DNA of 64,000 bases from an uncultured Candidatus Saccharibacteria bacterium (lineage in GTDB: Bacteria > Patescibacteriota > Minisyncoccia > Phycocordibacterales > UBA918): NCBI GenBank assembly GCA_964649535.1, contig CAZYTF010000001.1, forward strand, positions 1,521 through 65,520, in the 5' to 3' direction. The position numbers and the translations under genes are program-made. Below the pieces are notes generated by a model. It was given only the letters and a program-made list of their open reading frames with translations. It ran no database searches and was not told the DNA's origin. The number at the start of each line of letters is the position of its first letter. Position 1 is the first letter of the stretch. Shown piece after piece: positions 9,442 to 19,873 of the stretch.

Positions 9442-10080
9442 ATGGAAGAACAAATCGCAATCATCATCGCACTTATAATATCAATCGTGCTTCATGAAAT
9501 GGCACACGGCTATGCAGCCAATGCGCTAGGTGACCCAACTGCCCGACTGCAGGGCCGACTTTCACCTAATCCGCTTGTACACATTGATCCCCTTGGTTCA
9601 GTTATTATTCCTGGATTTCTTATACTTGCGGGATCAGGAATTTTGTTTGGTTGGGCAAAACCAGTTCCGTATAATCCGTATAACTTACGAAATAGGAAAT
9701 GGGGTGAAGCGCTTGTTGCAGCGGCAGGTCCAGCCACAAACTTCCTCCTCGCCTTTATTTTTGCAATGATTATTCGTTCTGCAGATATGCTAGGACTTTC
9801 GGCATCGTTTGTTGAGCTTGCAAAATATATCGTGTACATCAACATTCTTCTCGCTTGTTTTAACCTTATTCCATTTCCTCCACTTGATGGGTCAAAGATT
9901 TTTCCAGCTTTGTTACCCTTTAGTGCTCAAATGCAATACCAGCGCTTCGTGAAGACTATCGAGGGATATGGATTTCTAGTTACTTTTATATTTATATTTA
10001 TATTTATAAACCTACTTTGGGGACCATTTTCTTTAATCCTGGGGAATATTTTCGAACTATTCACAGGGATGCGATTTTAA
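9442..10080 (+). CDS. Peptidase M50 family (site-2 protease-like) membrane zinc metalloprotease
   Basis: HEMAHG (HExxH) inside a TM helix and a polytopic topology. A second zinc-ligand aspartate LDGS lies in the predicted last TM helix. Confidence 0.8.
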   Translation: MEEQIAIIIALIISIVLHEMAHGYAANALGDPTARLQGRLSPNPLVHIDPLGSVIIPGFLILAGSGILFGWAKPVPYNPYNLRNRKWGEALVAAAGPATNFLLAFIFAMIIRSADMLGLSASFVELAKYIVYINILLACFNLIPFPPLDGSKIFPALLPFSAQMQYQRFVKTIEGYGFLVTFIFIFIFINLLWGPFSLILGNIFELFTGMRF

Positions 10081-10279
10081 TTAGTTAAAAACGCTGCTGC
10101 AACGTATGTAATTCGGTCATATAAAATTAAGGCATCTTGCGTATCACTCGCAGAGGGTGTGCAGGCCCCTCCTTGTTTGGAGTCGCTTCTGGGCTACATG
10201 CCTATCTGTGATGCACGCCGGTCAACACTGGCTTTTTTTCTTGCAAAAATAACTATATATAGTATTGTAGGCGAGCTTT

Positions 10280-10690
10280 ATGGCAACAATAAATCAATTA
10301 ACAAAACGAAGTCGAAAAGACAAATCAACTAAGTCAAAGGTTGGTGCGCTTCAAGCGGGTTTTAACTCAATTAAAAACCGTACAAACGAATACAACTCTC
10401 CGTTCAAACGAGGAGTGTGTACTCGAGTGACTACAAAGACTCCACGTAAGCCGAACTCTGCGATTCGAAAGATTGCACGTGTTCGACTTTCAAACGGTCA
10501 GGAAATCACAGCGTACATCCCAGGTATCGGCCATACTCTACAGGAACACTCTGTTGTGCTTGTGCGAGGAGGACGCGTGAAGGACATTGGTGTGAACTAT
10601 ACTGTTGTACGCGGTAAATACGATGCGACTGGTGTTGATGCTCGACGACAGGGGCGCTCACGTTACGGCGCGAAAATGCCAAAGGAGTAA
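10280..10690 (+). CDS. rpsL: 30S ribosomal protein S12
   Basis: ATINQL...RGVCTRV...[17 protein letters not shown]...IPGIGH...VRGGRVKD. Confidence 0.95.
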   Translation: MATINQLTKRSRKDKSTKSKVGALQAGFNSIKNRTNEYNSPFKRGVCTRVTTKTPRKPNSAIRKIARVRLSNGQEITAYIPGIGHTLQEHSVVLVRGGRVKDIGVNYTVVRGKYDATGVDARRQGRSRYGAKMPKE

Positions 10691-11001
10691 TCCTTTAGAA
10701 AGCAGACCGCTTTCAAACAACATTACAAATAGTTTATATTCGCTACAGATAGTAGACGCGACTCAAGCTCCGGCTTCGGAGTCAAACTATGCGAAGAATG
10801 AAAATATGATTTTGTCATACTTCTCATTTCAATCGCTACTAGCTAGCAATTACAGCAGGGTGCAGCGACAGTCAAAGTTTGAGATTTTTTAATCTCTTAC
10901 AGAGACTGTATACCTTGTCGACATTTTTTAAAAAATATCAGGCAAGGTCTTGCGAAAGTCCCATGGACTTTCTCACGCTCCGCTTTTAACAAAAATAAGT
11001 C

Positions 11002-11475
11002 ATGCGACGACCAATTAAAAAACGAAACGTTGTACAGCCTGACATCAAGTTCGGTTCAGTAGACGTTGAACGACTCATCAACTACGTGATGCTTCGCGGA
11101 CAAAAGGAAACTGCACGAAAGATTGTGTATTCTGCGTTTGAAGAAATTAAAAATGCAAAGGAAGGCGGCGGCGACCCACTTGAAATCTTTGAGACAGCAC
11201 TTAAAAATGCTGGACCACAGATGGAGGTACGTTCACGACGTGTTGGTGGTGCAAACTACCAGGTTCCTCGTGAAGTTCGCCCAGAGCGACGTCATGCACT
11301 AGCGCTTCGATGGATTATCGCAGCAGCTCGTGGACACAAGGGAATCCCAATGCACAAAGCGCTTTCCAACGAACTTATGCTTGCAGCTAAGGAAGAAGGA
11401 AATGCAGTGAAGAAGAAGGAGGATACGCACAAGATGGCTGAAGCCAACCGTGCGTTCGCACACTTTGCCTGGTAA
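11002..11475 (+). CDS. rpsG: 30S ribosomal protein S7
   Basis: 157 aa. [15 protein letters not shown]...[14 protein letters not shown]. Confidence 0.95.
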   Translation: MRRPIKKRNVVQPDIKFGSVDVERLINYVMLRGQKETARKIVYSAFEEIKNAKEGGGDPLEIFETALKNAGPQMEVRSRRVGGANYQVPREVRPERRHALALRWIIAAARGHKGIPMHKALSNELMLAAKEEGNAVKKKEDTHKMAEANRAFAHFAW

Positions 11476-11713
11476 CAGACATTTTCTTTGCGATACTGCG
11501 TTAAATGGCCCGAAAATTTGTTCACCGTACGTTACGTACGGCTCACAAATTTTCGGGCTTTTTGACTTGTGACCTAATTTTCAAAGAGCAAAGCGTTTAT
11601 GAAAATAGAAATGCCCTTGTGGTGCTGCCTTTGAAAAACTCAGTTACCATGTTTGCAATTTTTGCTTAAATTAGGCATGCTAGCAATAGTTTGGCATAAG
11701 GGAGAAGAGTATA

Positions 11714-12529
11714 ATGGATGATACCGAAGTCTTCAGATTATCTTTCTTGTTTCCTCATGAAACCAGAGAACAGTTCCCCACAATTACACTTACCTTCAAG
11801 GAGTCACTTTTAAAACCCTTGTTGGAATGGTTTGAAAAAAGAAACACGCATTCTGAATTTTTAGCAGCAACTAAAAAATACCTGGCTGATGATGCCGAAT
11901 TCCAAGAATTGGAAGCAGATTTGTTTGGCAATTCATCGTTTGGATATGGTCGTACTGTTTCTGTCATGATAAGTGGTGATCAGATCACTCTAGGAATCAT
12001 GATAATGAGTAGTAAATACAGTCAGCATTCGGGTCTCATGCTGCATTATATTCTGAACTTTCTCCAAGGCAACCATGAGCCAGCAATGTTTTTGAGTAAT
12101 AGAAAGCAACGCATAAGTCTCTACACCGCAGCTTCGCTAGGGGAAGTTCGGAAAGCTCATGCAGTCGCAGGTTTTATAGGTAAAGAGGTAATCAAGTGGC
12201 TTAGCACTTACACTGAGTCTAGTCCAGATGGAATGCCGTTGCCTGCAGTTGTACGAGATGCGATGCAGAATTCGTGGCACTTCTGTTCCATGAGCCATGA
12301 AGGTCAAGCTATGCCTGATGAATGTCGAGCTTTAGTGACTGGAGATGGACGGTTCTTTTTTGGTTGTTTTGGAGACGCTACGGACTTGGCTATCTATCCA
12401 GATTTAGATTACCAAAAAGGACGCGAGTTCGCAGAGTTTAGTTGTCATAATTTGGATGCCGCTGAACAACAATTGGCGCTCGTGTCTGGCTTAGCTATGT
12501 TGTATAGATTGGTAGAAGAAGATGCTTGA
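11714..12529 (+). CDS. Hypothetical protein
   Basis: 271 aa with no recognisable motif. It is the first gene of the block that separates rpsG from fusA. Confidence 0.45.
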   Translation: MDDTEVFRLSFLFPHETREQFPTITLTFKESLLKPLLEWFEKRNTHSEFLAATKKYLADDAEFQELEADLFGNSSFGYGRTVSVMISGDQITLGIMIMSSKYSQHSGLMLHYILNFLQGNHEPAMFLSNRKQRISLYTAASLGEVRKAHAVAGFIGKEVIKWLSTYTESSPDGMPLPAVVRDAMQNSWHFCSMSHEGQAMPDECRALVTGDGRFFFGCFGDATDLAIYPDLDYQKGREFAEFSCHNLDAAEQQLALVSGLAMLYRLVEEDA

Positions 12530-12585
12530 AGGCAGTCTCTCAAGACTGCCTTTTCTTTTTGCATTAATATCGTACTATTCAACCC

Positions 12586-13020
12586 ATGAACATCACTTTT
12601 ATCGGCATGAGTGGAGCAGGGAAGAGCTATACAGGGAAACGCTATGCGCGGGAGCATGAGATGGATTTTATTGATATCGACAAGGAGATGGAACAAGAGT
12701 ACGGGAAGCCACTGCAGGACATTCTCGATGAACTCGGCGATAAAGTTTTTTTACAAAAGCAGGAGGAACAAGTGCTCGCACTTGAAGGTCTCGATAACAC
12801 TGTCATCTCTCCCGGCGGAAGCGTCGTCTACACAGAACGAGCGATGGAGTTCCTGAAAGCAAACTCAAAAATCATCTACCTCGACGTACCACTTACCGTC
12901 ATCAAAAGTCGCATCAACACAACTAGTCGAGGAATTGTAGGGATTCAAGATAAGACGTTCAACGAACTTTACAAAGAACGTATAAAACTCTACAAAAAAT
13001 GGGCAGATGAGACAGGGTAG
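12586..13020 (+). CDS. aroK: Shikimate kinase-like P-loop kinase
   Basis: Walker A GMSGAGKS, DID, ISPGGSVV (matches ISTGGG of AroK) and a lid region. Confidence 0.65.
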   Translation: MNITFIGMSGAGKSYTGKRYAREHEMDFIDIDKEMEQEYGKPLQDILDELGDKVFLQKQEEQVLALEGLDNTVISPGGSVVYTERAMEFLKANSKIIYLDVPLTVIKSRINTTSRGIVGIQDKTFNELYKERIKLYKKWADETG

Positions 13021-13292
13021 AATTATTTTACTAAACAAAAGTCTACACGTGATATGCAGTACCACATTACTTTTTCCAGTACTACGAGCAGTTCGTTTGA
13101 ACTTCATGCAATAGTATTGCTCAGAAAGCAGCAGATTGAGAAGGGTGAAGGAACATATACGTAATCACTGAAATTATATTCTCGAATGACAAAATTTTTT
13201 CTAACTAAACGAAGGAATTTTGTACTCTGGCAACTACCGAGAATTCTTTAGAGGCTAGCCGAAGAAAATGATTAGTATTGTAAGATATAAAT

Positions 13293-13601
13293 ATGAAAAA
13301 AATTTCAATGCACCTACACGAAATACCATTTCGAGCTATCGAACGTGGTGAGAAAAAAATTGAAGTTCGGTTGTTTGATGAAAAACGGCAGGCTATTTCT
13401 GTAGGTGATGTTATTGAGTTTTTGTTGCGACCAGACAATACTAAGAAAATAGAAAAAAAGATTGTCGCACTACATCGATTCCCTACATTTGCTGATTTTT
13501 ATAATGTATACCCAGCAGAGTTAAGTATCTCAGATGCTCGCGATTACTATTCATCAGAAGATGAACAAAGGTATGGTGTGCTTGCTGTTGAACTTGGATA
13601 A
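13293..13601 (+). CDS. ASCH (PUA-like) domain protein
   Basis: 102 aa. IEVRLFDEKRQAISVGDVIEF fits the ASCH beta-barrel pattern. Confidence 0.5.
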   Translation: MKKISMHLHEIPFRAIERGEKKIEVRLFDEKRQAISVGDVIEFLLRPDNTKKIEKKIVALHRFPTFADFYNVYPAELSISDARDYYSSEDEQRYGVLAVELG

Positions 13602-13699
13602 AAAAACCTCGTTTGTGTAGCTGACAGGGGAGTCATTACTGGACAATAAAATTTGCTTGATTTAGTTTGAACTTTCAAAACATAAACATAAAAAGTTGG

Positions 13700-14737
13700 T
13701 TACTGGTATGTTGTGTTGAGTGATTCAATTCCTTTTACGAGTCCTAAAAATATTTGTTCTTTTGTTTCTTCTGACCATAAGTTGTCAGGTCCTCTTGGGT
13801 CGAGTTTGCGAGAATGTAGTCTTGTTCCGTCCGCTTCGTAGCGCCACCGCTCAAAGGCAGGTCTAATGTCGTTTATAGGCATAGTGATAAGTACCAATTC
13901 ATCAACGTGTGCTTCATGGAGTGCTGTGCTCCGGACACGGTTAAGCTGTCGTTCCTTACGTTCTGTTGCTCCGGTGTTCATTGTAAACTGGATGCCGATA
14001 TGACTTTGTTGTTTTGGCTCGTCAACCTTTACGCCACGTCGTGTATTTGCAACAGTAATAATGAAATCAATTTTGTGCTCGACATCTTCATATACATCGA
14101 CCTCCGCCACTGAAAAAGGCAGGTCCGCATCGAACATTTTCTTTGTTAAAAATGAAAGAAGCATTTTTTCAGCAAGTATGCCTGTTGGCATAGTTTCTAG
14201 ATTAAAATTTACTTCCTCGATGCGCTCATATGTATCACGCTTTCGGTCGTCTGACAGCCTGTTCACTTTTCCGAGCTGCACAAGTTGATTGTCATACTGT
14301 GCTGCCACTATTTTACGTACTTGATTTGACATAATTTTCTTTTGGAACTCTGCGGGGACGGATTGGTCAAATTTCCACCAAAAACCCCACGTATGAGCAG
14401 CTAGTATTTCTCCAATGCTAAGCGTGATTTTGTCACCACCCTTAGTGTGGGTGACAAAGGTGTTGTCGTCACGATATTGTAATTCCCATGCTCCAGGCTG
14501 CTCTTCAAATGCACGCTCTCGTTGGTCGCTTACAGCCTTTACCTCTTTTGACCAAAACTTTTTTCGCCATCTTTTAAGGTTTTTAACAAAATCTAGCTTC
14601 TGTACCTGTAATTCAAGAATGAGGTCGCGAGTGTCTTTATCTACAGTGCGTTCAATAAGTTCAAAAGCTTCTTGATCTCCTATAGTGCCTGCTGATTCCT
14701 GATCTTTCTTAAGATAAGTTTCAAACTTTTCTTTCAT
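13700..14737 (-). CDS. Hypothetical 345-aa protein with a possible PD-(D/E)xK-like segment
   Basis: No family recognised. The segment AEVDVYEDVEHKIDFIITV has a D..ExK arrangement followed by a hydrophobic strand. Confidence 0.45.
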   Translation of the reverse strand: MKEKFETYLKKDQESAGTIGDQEAFELIERTVDKDTRDLILELQVQKLDFVKNLKRWRKKFWSKEVKAVSDQRERAFEEQPGAWELQYRDDNTFVTHTKGGDKITLSIGEILAAHTWGFWWKFDQSVPAEFQKKIMSNQVRKIVAAQYDNQLVQLGKVNRLSDDRKRDTYERIEEVNFNLETMPTGILAEKMLLSFLTKKMFDADLPFSVAEVDVYEDVEHKIDFIITVANTRRGVKVDEPKQQSHIGIQFTMNTGATERKERQLNRVRSTALHEAHVDELVLITMPINDIRPAFERWRYEADGTRLHSRKLDPRGPDNLWSEETKEQIFLGLVKGIESLNTTYQ

Positions 14738-14935
14738 ATGAATAGTATACGTTATGGTGGAACGTCTTGATGTAAAAGGATTATTTGTGTTTACACTATA
14801 GTAAAATAAGCCCCATAAAAATAGTTGGGACTCTACTACTTTTGTCTGTTGTCGTGCAAAGAAGTTGCTATGTTCCAGACACGAGCTCTTGTATTGCCAA
14901 CTGGTTTTGCAAGTGTTGATTCGAGTACACTTGCT

Positions 14936-15118
14936 TTACGCAGTTTTTTTCAAAATCTGATTGAGGTTACTCGGGTGGATATCTTTATTGAAATATCCAA
15001 GCAACCAACTGCGTATTTGCAGTTCTCGCAGATTCGGTTGCCGATACAGGACAGTAATTATCATTGAGGTATTCTGCTTGTCATTTAAACCCAGTGCGTC
15101 AAATACAAGGTTGAGCAT
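14936..15118 (-). CDS. Small protein (60 aa), unknown function
   Basis: Very strong ribosome-binding site (TTAAGGAGGAGATATG). Confidence 0.4.
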   Translation of the reverse strand: MLNLVFDALGLNDKQNTSMIITVLYRQPNLRELQIRSWLLGYFNKDIHPSNLNQILKKTA

Positions 15119-15186
15119 ATCTCCTCCTTAAAGAGCTTTGGCATTTTCGTTCATAATACCTTTCTTGTCACTATAGCGAAAAATAC

Positions 15187-15762
15187 TTAAAGTGCAATTT
15201 TCTTAAGCATATTTTCTAAAAGTACTTTTGTTTCCTCAATGTTGTATGTATCAGTATCTATACAGACACCGTTGGTTTGTGAATATTTTCTTAAGACATC
15301 AACTTCGTCTTCTGCGGGATTTTGTTCGAGGACTGTGAACGCCTCGCGAGTGATTGGCGTCTTCCCTTGTCGTTCGAGGCGCCCGTTGTAACGAATGAAA
15401 CGTGTGTCGGGGGATGCGTCGATAAAAATAAACATGAGTTTTTCTCCTCGTGCATTAGCAACGTCAGTAAGTGTCTTGAGGTCTACTTTGCGACGATTTC
15501 CCTCGATGACGAGGTGTGGCGCAGCAAGAGCCTTGGCTCTTGCTGCGATTTCTTTTGCAAGCCAATCTTCGCCACGTTCTTCTCTGAGTGTTACAAAGAG
15601 ATTTTGCAGGGTTGTTTTATCAGTTGCGTCTAGTCTGTGTTTTGTAGCGATGTCTGCAAGTATCTCTGAATAGCGCATGTACGCTGCGCCGTATTCACCT
15701 GTAAGTACTTCGGTTACTGTTGTTTTGCCGCTGGCAGTCGGTCCAGCAATTCCAAATAACAT
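15187..15762 (-). CDS. P-loop nucleotide/nucleoside kinase-like protein
   Basis: Walker A GIAGPTASGKTT at the N-terminus and a Walker B-like IFIDAS. Size and layout are those of a small-molecule kinase. Confidence 0.55.
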   Translation of the reverse strand: MLFGIAGPTASGKTTVTEVLTGEYGAAYMRYSEILADIATKHRLDATDKTTLQNLFVTLREERGEDWLAKEIAARAKALAAPHLVIEGNRRKVDLKTLTDVANARGEKLMFIFIDASPDTRFIRYNGRLERQGKTPITREAFTVLEQNPAEDEVDVLRKYSQTNGVCIDTDTYNIEETKVLLENMLKKIAL

Positions 15763-15858
15763 AGTATATATATCATAATATAAAAAAATGTCAGAGACGA
15801 CTTTGAAAATATCTCCAAATTTTTATACTTAACACAATTTCTTTTACACTCCTTCTTT

Positions 15859-16869
15859 CTATGAGGGTCGCTTCCCAAACTTTCGTGCAAGTTTGTAGAG
15901 TGCAAAAAGGATTCCAAAAAGAATGGTGAGTTGCACAAAAATAGCATGACCTAAATAGAAAGATACGCTCGCAAGTGTTGCGGTACATAGTGCACTCCAA
16001 ATATTCTTACTTACTAAAATTATTGAATTAAGAAAACTTCCTTCCTTTATTTCCGGCATATCGGGAGTTTCAATTGCAATGCCGTTATTTGTAGTTCTTG
16101 TGATTTGTCCGAACCCATCTTCGTTAACAAAAATTTCTGGGGGAGTGGTTTTTTCGGTCTCTGCTTCCTGACGAACTTCGCGGTAGGTATCTATATTTTG
16201 TTTGGTGGTATTCAAGATGTCCGTAAAGTTTGAAAGTGCAGTATATGCGGGGCTTGGCGTAAGGTATTGTTCAAATCCACGATTTTCTTTAGTTCTGGTT
16301 GCATCGGCGATGCCACCATCGTCGGTGACGTCAGTGTTTGCTTGATTTATGTTGTCTTGTTTTTCATTAAATACGAGTGGATTTGTATTATTTTCTTCTT
16401 CAACAGTGTCACTTATGCCGTCCCCATCATCGTCAATGTCATCTACGTTCCCAACACCATCTTTGTCAGTATCGTAGTCGACAAAAATTATGTCTTCTGC
16501 CAGAGCAGACGTAACTTCCACAGCTTTTGTTGAGGAGCCAACTTTTGAAAGTTCTGTGCGGGAAAGTGAAGCGGAAAGTGTGTGTTCACCATGGTCTGGT
16601 ATCCAATCAGTCCAACTCTCGACAATTCTTCCGTCAAGCGCTGACACTTCCGCCCGCCCTATAACCTTATTATTGTCGTAGAATTCGACACGTCCTGTCA
16701 GGTCCTCTCCTGTGTTGTTGCGAATGGCAACATAAATACGCACTGGTTCATTTGTAAAGATTTTTTCCTGAGAATACCAAAGCCCGTTAATAAGTCCCGC
16801 ATTAAATTCTTGCGCGAACGTACATGGTGTCAGTAGTGTAATGAGTAAAAATAAAAGCACCCACTTCAT
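15859..16869 (-). CDS. Secreted/anchored protein with thrombospondin type-3-like Ca-binding repeats
   Basis: Signal peptide MKWVLLFLLITLLTPCTFA, D-rich repeats DTDKDGVGNVDDIDDDGDGISD, and a C-terminal TM helix plus basic tail. Confidence 0.55.
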   Translation of the reverse strand: MKWVLLFLLITLLTPCTFAQEFNAGLINGLWYSQEKIFTNEPVRIYVAIRNNTGEDLTGRVEFYDNNKVIGRAEVSALDGRIVESWTDWIPDHGEHTLSASLSRTELSKVGSSTKAVEVTSALAEDIIFVDYDTDKDGVGNVDDIDDDGDGISDTVEEENNTNPLVFNEKQDNINQANTDVTDDGGIADATRTKENRGFEQYLTPSPAYTALSNFTDILNTTKQNIDTYREVRQEAETEKTTPPEIFVNEDGFGQITRTTNNGIAIETPDMPEIKEGSFLNSIILVSKNIWSALCTATLASVSFYLGHAIFVQLTILFGILFALYKLARKFGKRPS

Positions 16870-16943
16870 AGATGCATTATATCTTATTGTATATATAAAG
16901 TTTGGTCCGGCGCACTATTCGCGCCGGACCGTGTCGGCCGATC

Positions 16944-17330
16944 CTAAACCAGATTAAGGATTCTTTGACTGGCCATGAGGGGACTGATGAATTCCCCGTG
17001 GCAGTCACACCCAATCTCGTGTGCCACATTCTTGGCTTCTTGCGATCCTCTCACATATCCGAGTGCCTCCATGACACCTCCGACAGTGCCGTCAGTGTAG
17101 ATCCCCATGATTTCGAGCTGTTGTGCCATTATCTCGAAAACTGTTTCCGCAACTGGGAGGTCGGCTACTTTTTCTTTTGTCCAGCCTTCAATTCTTTGGA
17201 TTCCTCCAAGATTCTTCATATGAAGTCGTCCGACCACATCGGCTAAATATCTGATCATATCATCCCGGCTTATGCCGGGTATTCCGCTTTCGGCCGCTAA
17301 TGATCCCGTTGGCATCATGTTCATCGACAT
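16944..17330 (-). CDS. Hypothetical protein
   Basis: 128 aa with a CDCHGE cluster. GC-rich 10-bp hairpin downstream (16903-16932). Confidence 0.4.
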   Translation of the reverse strand: MSMNMMPTGSLAAESGIPGISRDDMIRYLADVVGRLHMKNLGGIQRIEGWTKEKVADLPVAETVFEIMAQQLEIMGIYTDGTVGGVMEALGYVRGSQEAKNVAHEIGCDCHGEFISPLMASQRILNLV

Positions 17331-17489
17331 CTCCTCTTTCTAGGGCATCTGGCTTCCTCCAATGGGGCCAGTCCCAAGGAGGATAGTAGTGCTAGTTTGA
17401 TAAGCTGTCAAATAAATCTGACAAGCTTTTCACTACACAAGGAATGGCAGTTTGATTGCATCGCTCACGTAGTGTAAGCTACGAACCTT

Positions 17490-18968
17490 ATGTCTCAACA
17501 AGGACTTATCTCATTTCATGGTGTTTCGTATGAACACGATGCGACCAAGCCGATTCTCATCGATGCTAATTTTTCTATACGGCGTGGAGCAAAGTTTACA
17601 CTTATGGGCCAAAATGGTGCCGGCAAATCTACACTCTTCGCACTTATCACTGGCACATTAAAGCCAGATGAGGGAGATATTAATATTGCGCCACGCACGA
17701 GTATCGCGGTATCTCGACAAGTCATTCCACGCGATGAGCTCGAACTCACCATGCGAGCTTTTTTTGAAAAGTGTTTCACAGAGAAGATATACGACATTGA
17801 TCCTCGTATTGAGGCGGTGCTTAAGGTGGTAAACCTCTCGCCTGCTAATGCTGAAGTAGCTGCTACATTTAAAGACAGAATCATTGGAAGTTTTTCAGGC
17901 GGCCAACAAGCTCGTCTTTTGTTGGCAAGTGCACTCATTCAGAATCCTGACGTATTACTGCTTGATGAGCCGACAAATAACCTCGACACTGCAGGGATTG
18001 CCCACCTTACAGAATTTTTGAAAGAATATAGAAAGACAGTAATTGTTATTTCCCATGATGCGGATTTTCTCAATGCTTTTACTCATGGTGTGTTGTATCT
18101 CAATGTGCAGAACAGAATCGTAGAACAATATGAGGGTAACTATCACAGCGTATTGAAGGAAATTAAATTGCGTGTAGAAAAGGAGCAGCGAAAAAATGCT
18201 CAGCTTGAGAAGGAAATTCAAGCAAATAAAGATAAATCAAACTTTTTTGCAAATAAGGGAGGTAATATGCGACTCGTCGCTAAACGCATGCGTGAGAAAG
18301 TGGATGAGTATGAAGACAATAAAGTCGATGTGCGTAAGGAGGACAGAACTATTCGTCCCTTTACAATTCCTGTACAAAAAGGCACTCCGCTCAATGTCCT
18401 TCAGCTCAATTCATACAAAGTCATTCGCAATCATAGTCCAAAAGATGTGCCTTGTGATATTACGCTAAAACGCGGACAGCATATGCGAATCATTGGTCCT
18501 AATGGCATTGGGAAGACAACACTTTTAGAATCACTTGCGTCTGGACATGCTGATGGTGAGAAAGTTGCTGACGGGGTTGTGATTGGCTACTATCGACAAG
18601 ATTTTTCAAACCTTGATTTTAATCAAACTGTAGCAGAGTGCCTCATGTCAGTAATGGATAAAAAAATTGAACAAGATATGCGTTCAGCTGCGGCGGGGTT
18701 CCTAATAAATAGCGACATTATTAAAACAAAAATTGGTCTTCTTTCTGAAGGTCAGAAAGGGCTTGTTGCATTTGCGCGATTGGTACTTTTGAAGCCGGGT
18801 CTTTTAATTCTTGATGAGCCGACTAACCACATCAATTTCAGGCATATCCCAGTGATTGCTGAAGCACTCCATACGTTTGAAGGAACGATGATGCTCGTAA
18901 GTCATGTTCCAGAATTTGTCGAACAGGTCAGAATCGATGAGACACTTGATTTAGATAAAAAGAAATAA
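17490..18968 (+). CDS. ABC-F family ATPase (tandem ABC domains, no TM domain)
   Basis: Two Walker A (GQNGAGKST, GPNGIGKTT), two signature (LSGGQQ, LSEGQK) and two Walker B (LLLDEPTN, LILDEPTN) motifs, separated by a charged linker. Confidence 0.85.
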   Translation: MSQQGLISFHGVSYEHDATKPILIDANFSIRRGAKFTLMGQNGAGKSTLFALITGTLKPDEGDINIAPRTSIAVSRQVIPRDELELTMRAFFEKCFTEKIYDIDPRIEAVLKVVNLSPANAEVAATFKDRIIGSFSGGQQARLLLASALIQNPDVLLLDEPTNNLDTAGIAHLTEFLKEYRKTVIVISHDADFLNAFTHGVLYLNVQNRIVEQYEGNYHSVLKEIKLRVEKEQRKNAQLEKEIQANKDKSNFFANKGGNMRLVAKRMREKVDEYEDNKVDVRKEDRTIRPFTIPVQKGTPLNVLQLNSYKVIRNHSPKDVPCDITLKRGQHMRIIGPNGIGKTTLLESLASGHADGEKVADGVVIGYYRQDFSNLDFNQTVAECLMSVMDKKIEQDMRSAAAGFLINSDIIKTKIGLLSEGQKGLVAFARLVLLKPGLLILDEPTNHINFRHIPVIAEALHTFEGTMMLVSHVPEFVEQVRIDETLDLDKKK

Positions 18969-18976
18969 ATAAAAAT

Positions 18977-19008
18977 GCCTCGCCCAAAATTGGGCGAGGT
19001 CTTTTTTT
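18977..19008 (+). terminator. Intrinsic terminator
   Basis: cctcgccc-aaaatt-gggcgagg followed by a T-run. Confidence 0.6.
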
Positions 19009-19015
19009 GAATTGG

Positions 19016-19873
19016 TTACACGCGAGTAATGCTTTCGTAAAACGCACGTTTCGCAGTTTCGTCCCACTCCAACTTAAGAAGTGGATTGCGGGTGTTGTCT
19101 GCACCCATGAATGGGATACAAGAACCGGAGAATCGTACGAAGGTTCTGAAACAGTCCTTAGTTGCAAAGCCGGGTTCATGCGGACAAAATGCATTGAGCA
19201 AATGAAATCTATAGGGTTGTGGTTCGTGTCGTTCTAAACCTATACTCTGCTCATTCAGAGCTTTGAATAAACCCTTCTTGTCTGCAGGTAAAGCTTCGAC
19301 ATCAAACGAATGGCATACAAATCGCGTTGGTATGGCATTTGTGATAGCCAGCTGGTGTTGCGCAACTTGAGGAAAGATTGATGATTTTTGGAATCCGTCC
19401 AAATGAATTCCAGTCTTCCGCTGTGATGTATCTTTTTTAACGTATGACTGCTGAATGGTTAGGTACAAATATTGTCCTTGCAAGTATGGGTTAAATTTTT
19501 CTTCAATACTCAAAATTGAGTCAATGATGTTAGAAAAACAATTCAAGACAACATCTGGAATGTGCACAATTCCATGAGGTACTTTGATGGGCATATCTTC
19601 AATATAGAGACCAGTCTCACTAAAGTGTTTTCTGACAAACGTTTCAGTAGCTGGCCCTGCCCACACCTGACTGCTACTCTCTCTCTTGTGTGAAAAAAGC
19701 GGCAGCTGTGACTTCGGGCGAGCTGGGCTGGCGAGCGAGTTTTGAATTTCTGTATTCACACTTGGAAAAATGTAAGGAAGGTGGGGGATAGCAAGCTTTC
19801 GCTGATCCCAGATGACTCCTTTTTTAAAATCACTAAGTGTATGCTTCCGATATTTATCCATCTGTTTCTCCAT
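19016..19873 (-). CDS. Hypothetical protein
   Basis: 285 aa. Scattered His/Asp motifs (TGIHLDGF, HIPDV) but no confident family. Confidence 0.45.
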   Translation of the reverse strand: MEKQMDKYRKHTLSDFKKGVIWDQRKLAIPHLPYIFPSVNTEIQNSLASPARPKSQLPLFSHKRESSSQVWAGPATETFVRKHFSETGLYIEDMPIKVPHGIVHIPDVVLNCFSNIIDSILSIEEKFNPYLQGQYLYLTIQQSYVKKDTSQRKTGIHLDGFQKSSIFPQVAQHQLAITNAIPTRFVCHSFDVEALPADKKGLFKALNEQSIGLERHEPQPYRFHLLNAFCPHEPGFATKDCFRTFVRFSGSCIPFMGADNTRNPLLKLEWDETAKRAFYESITRV

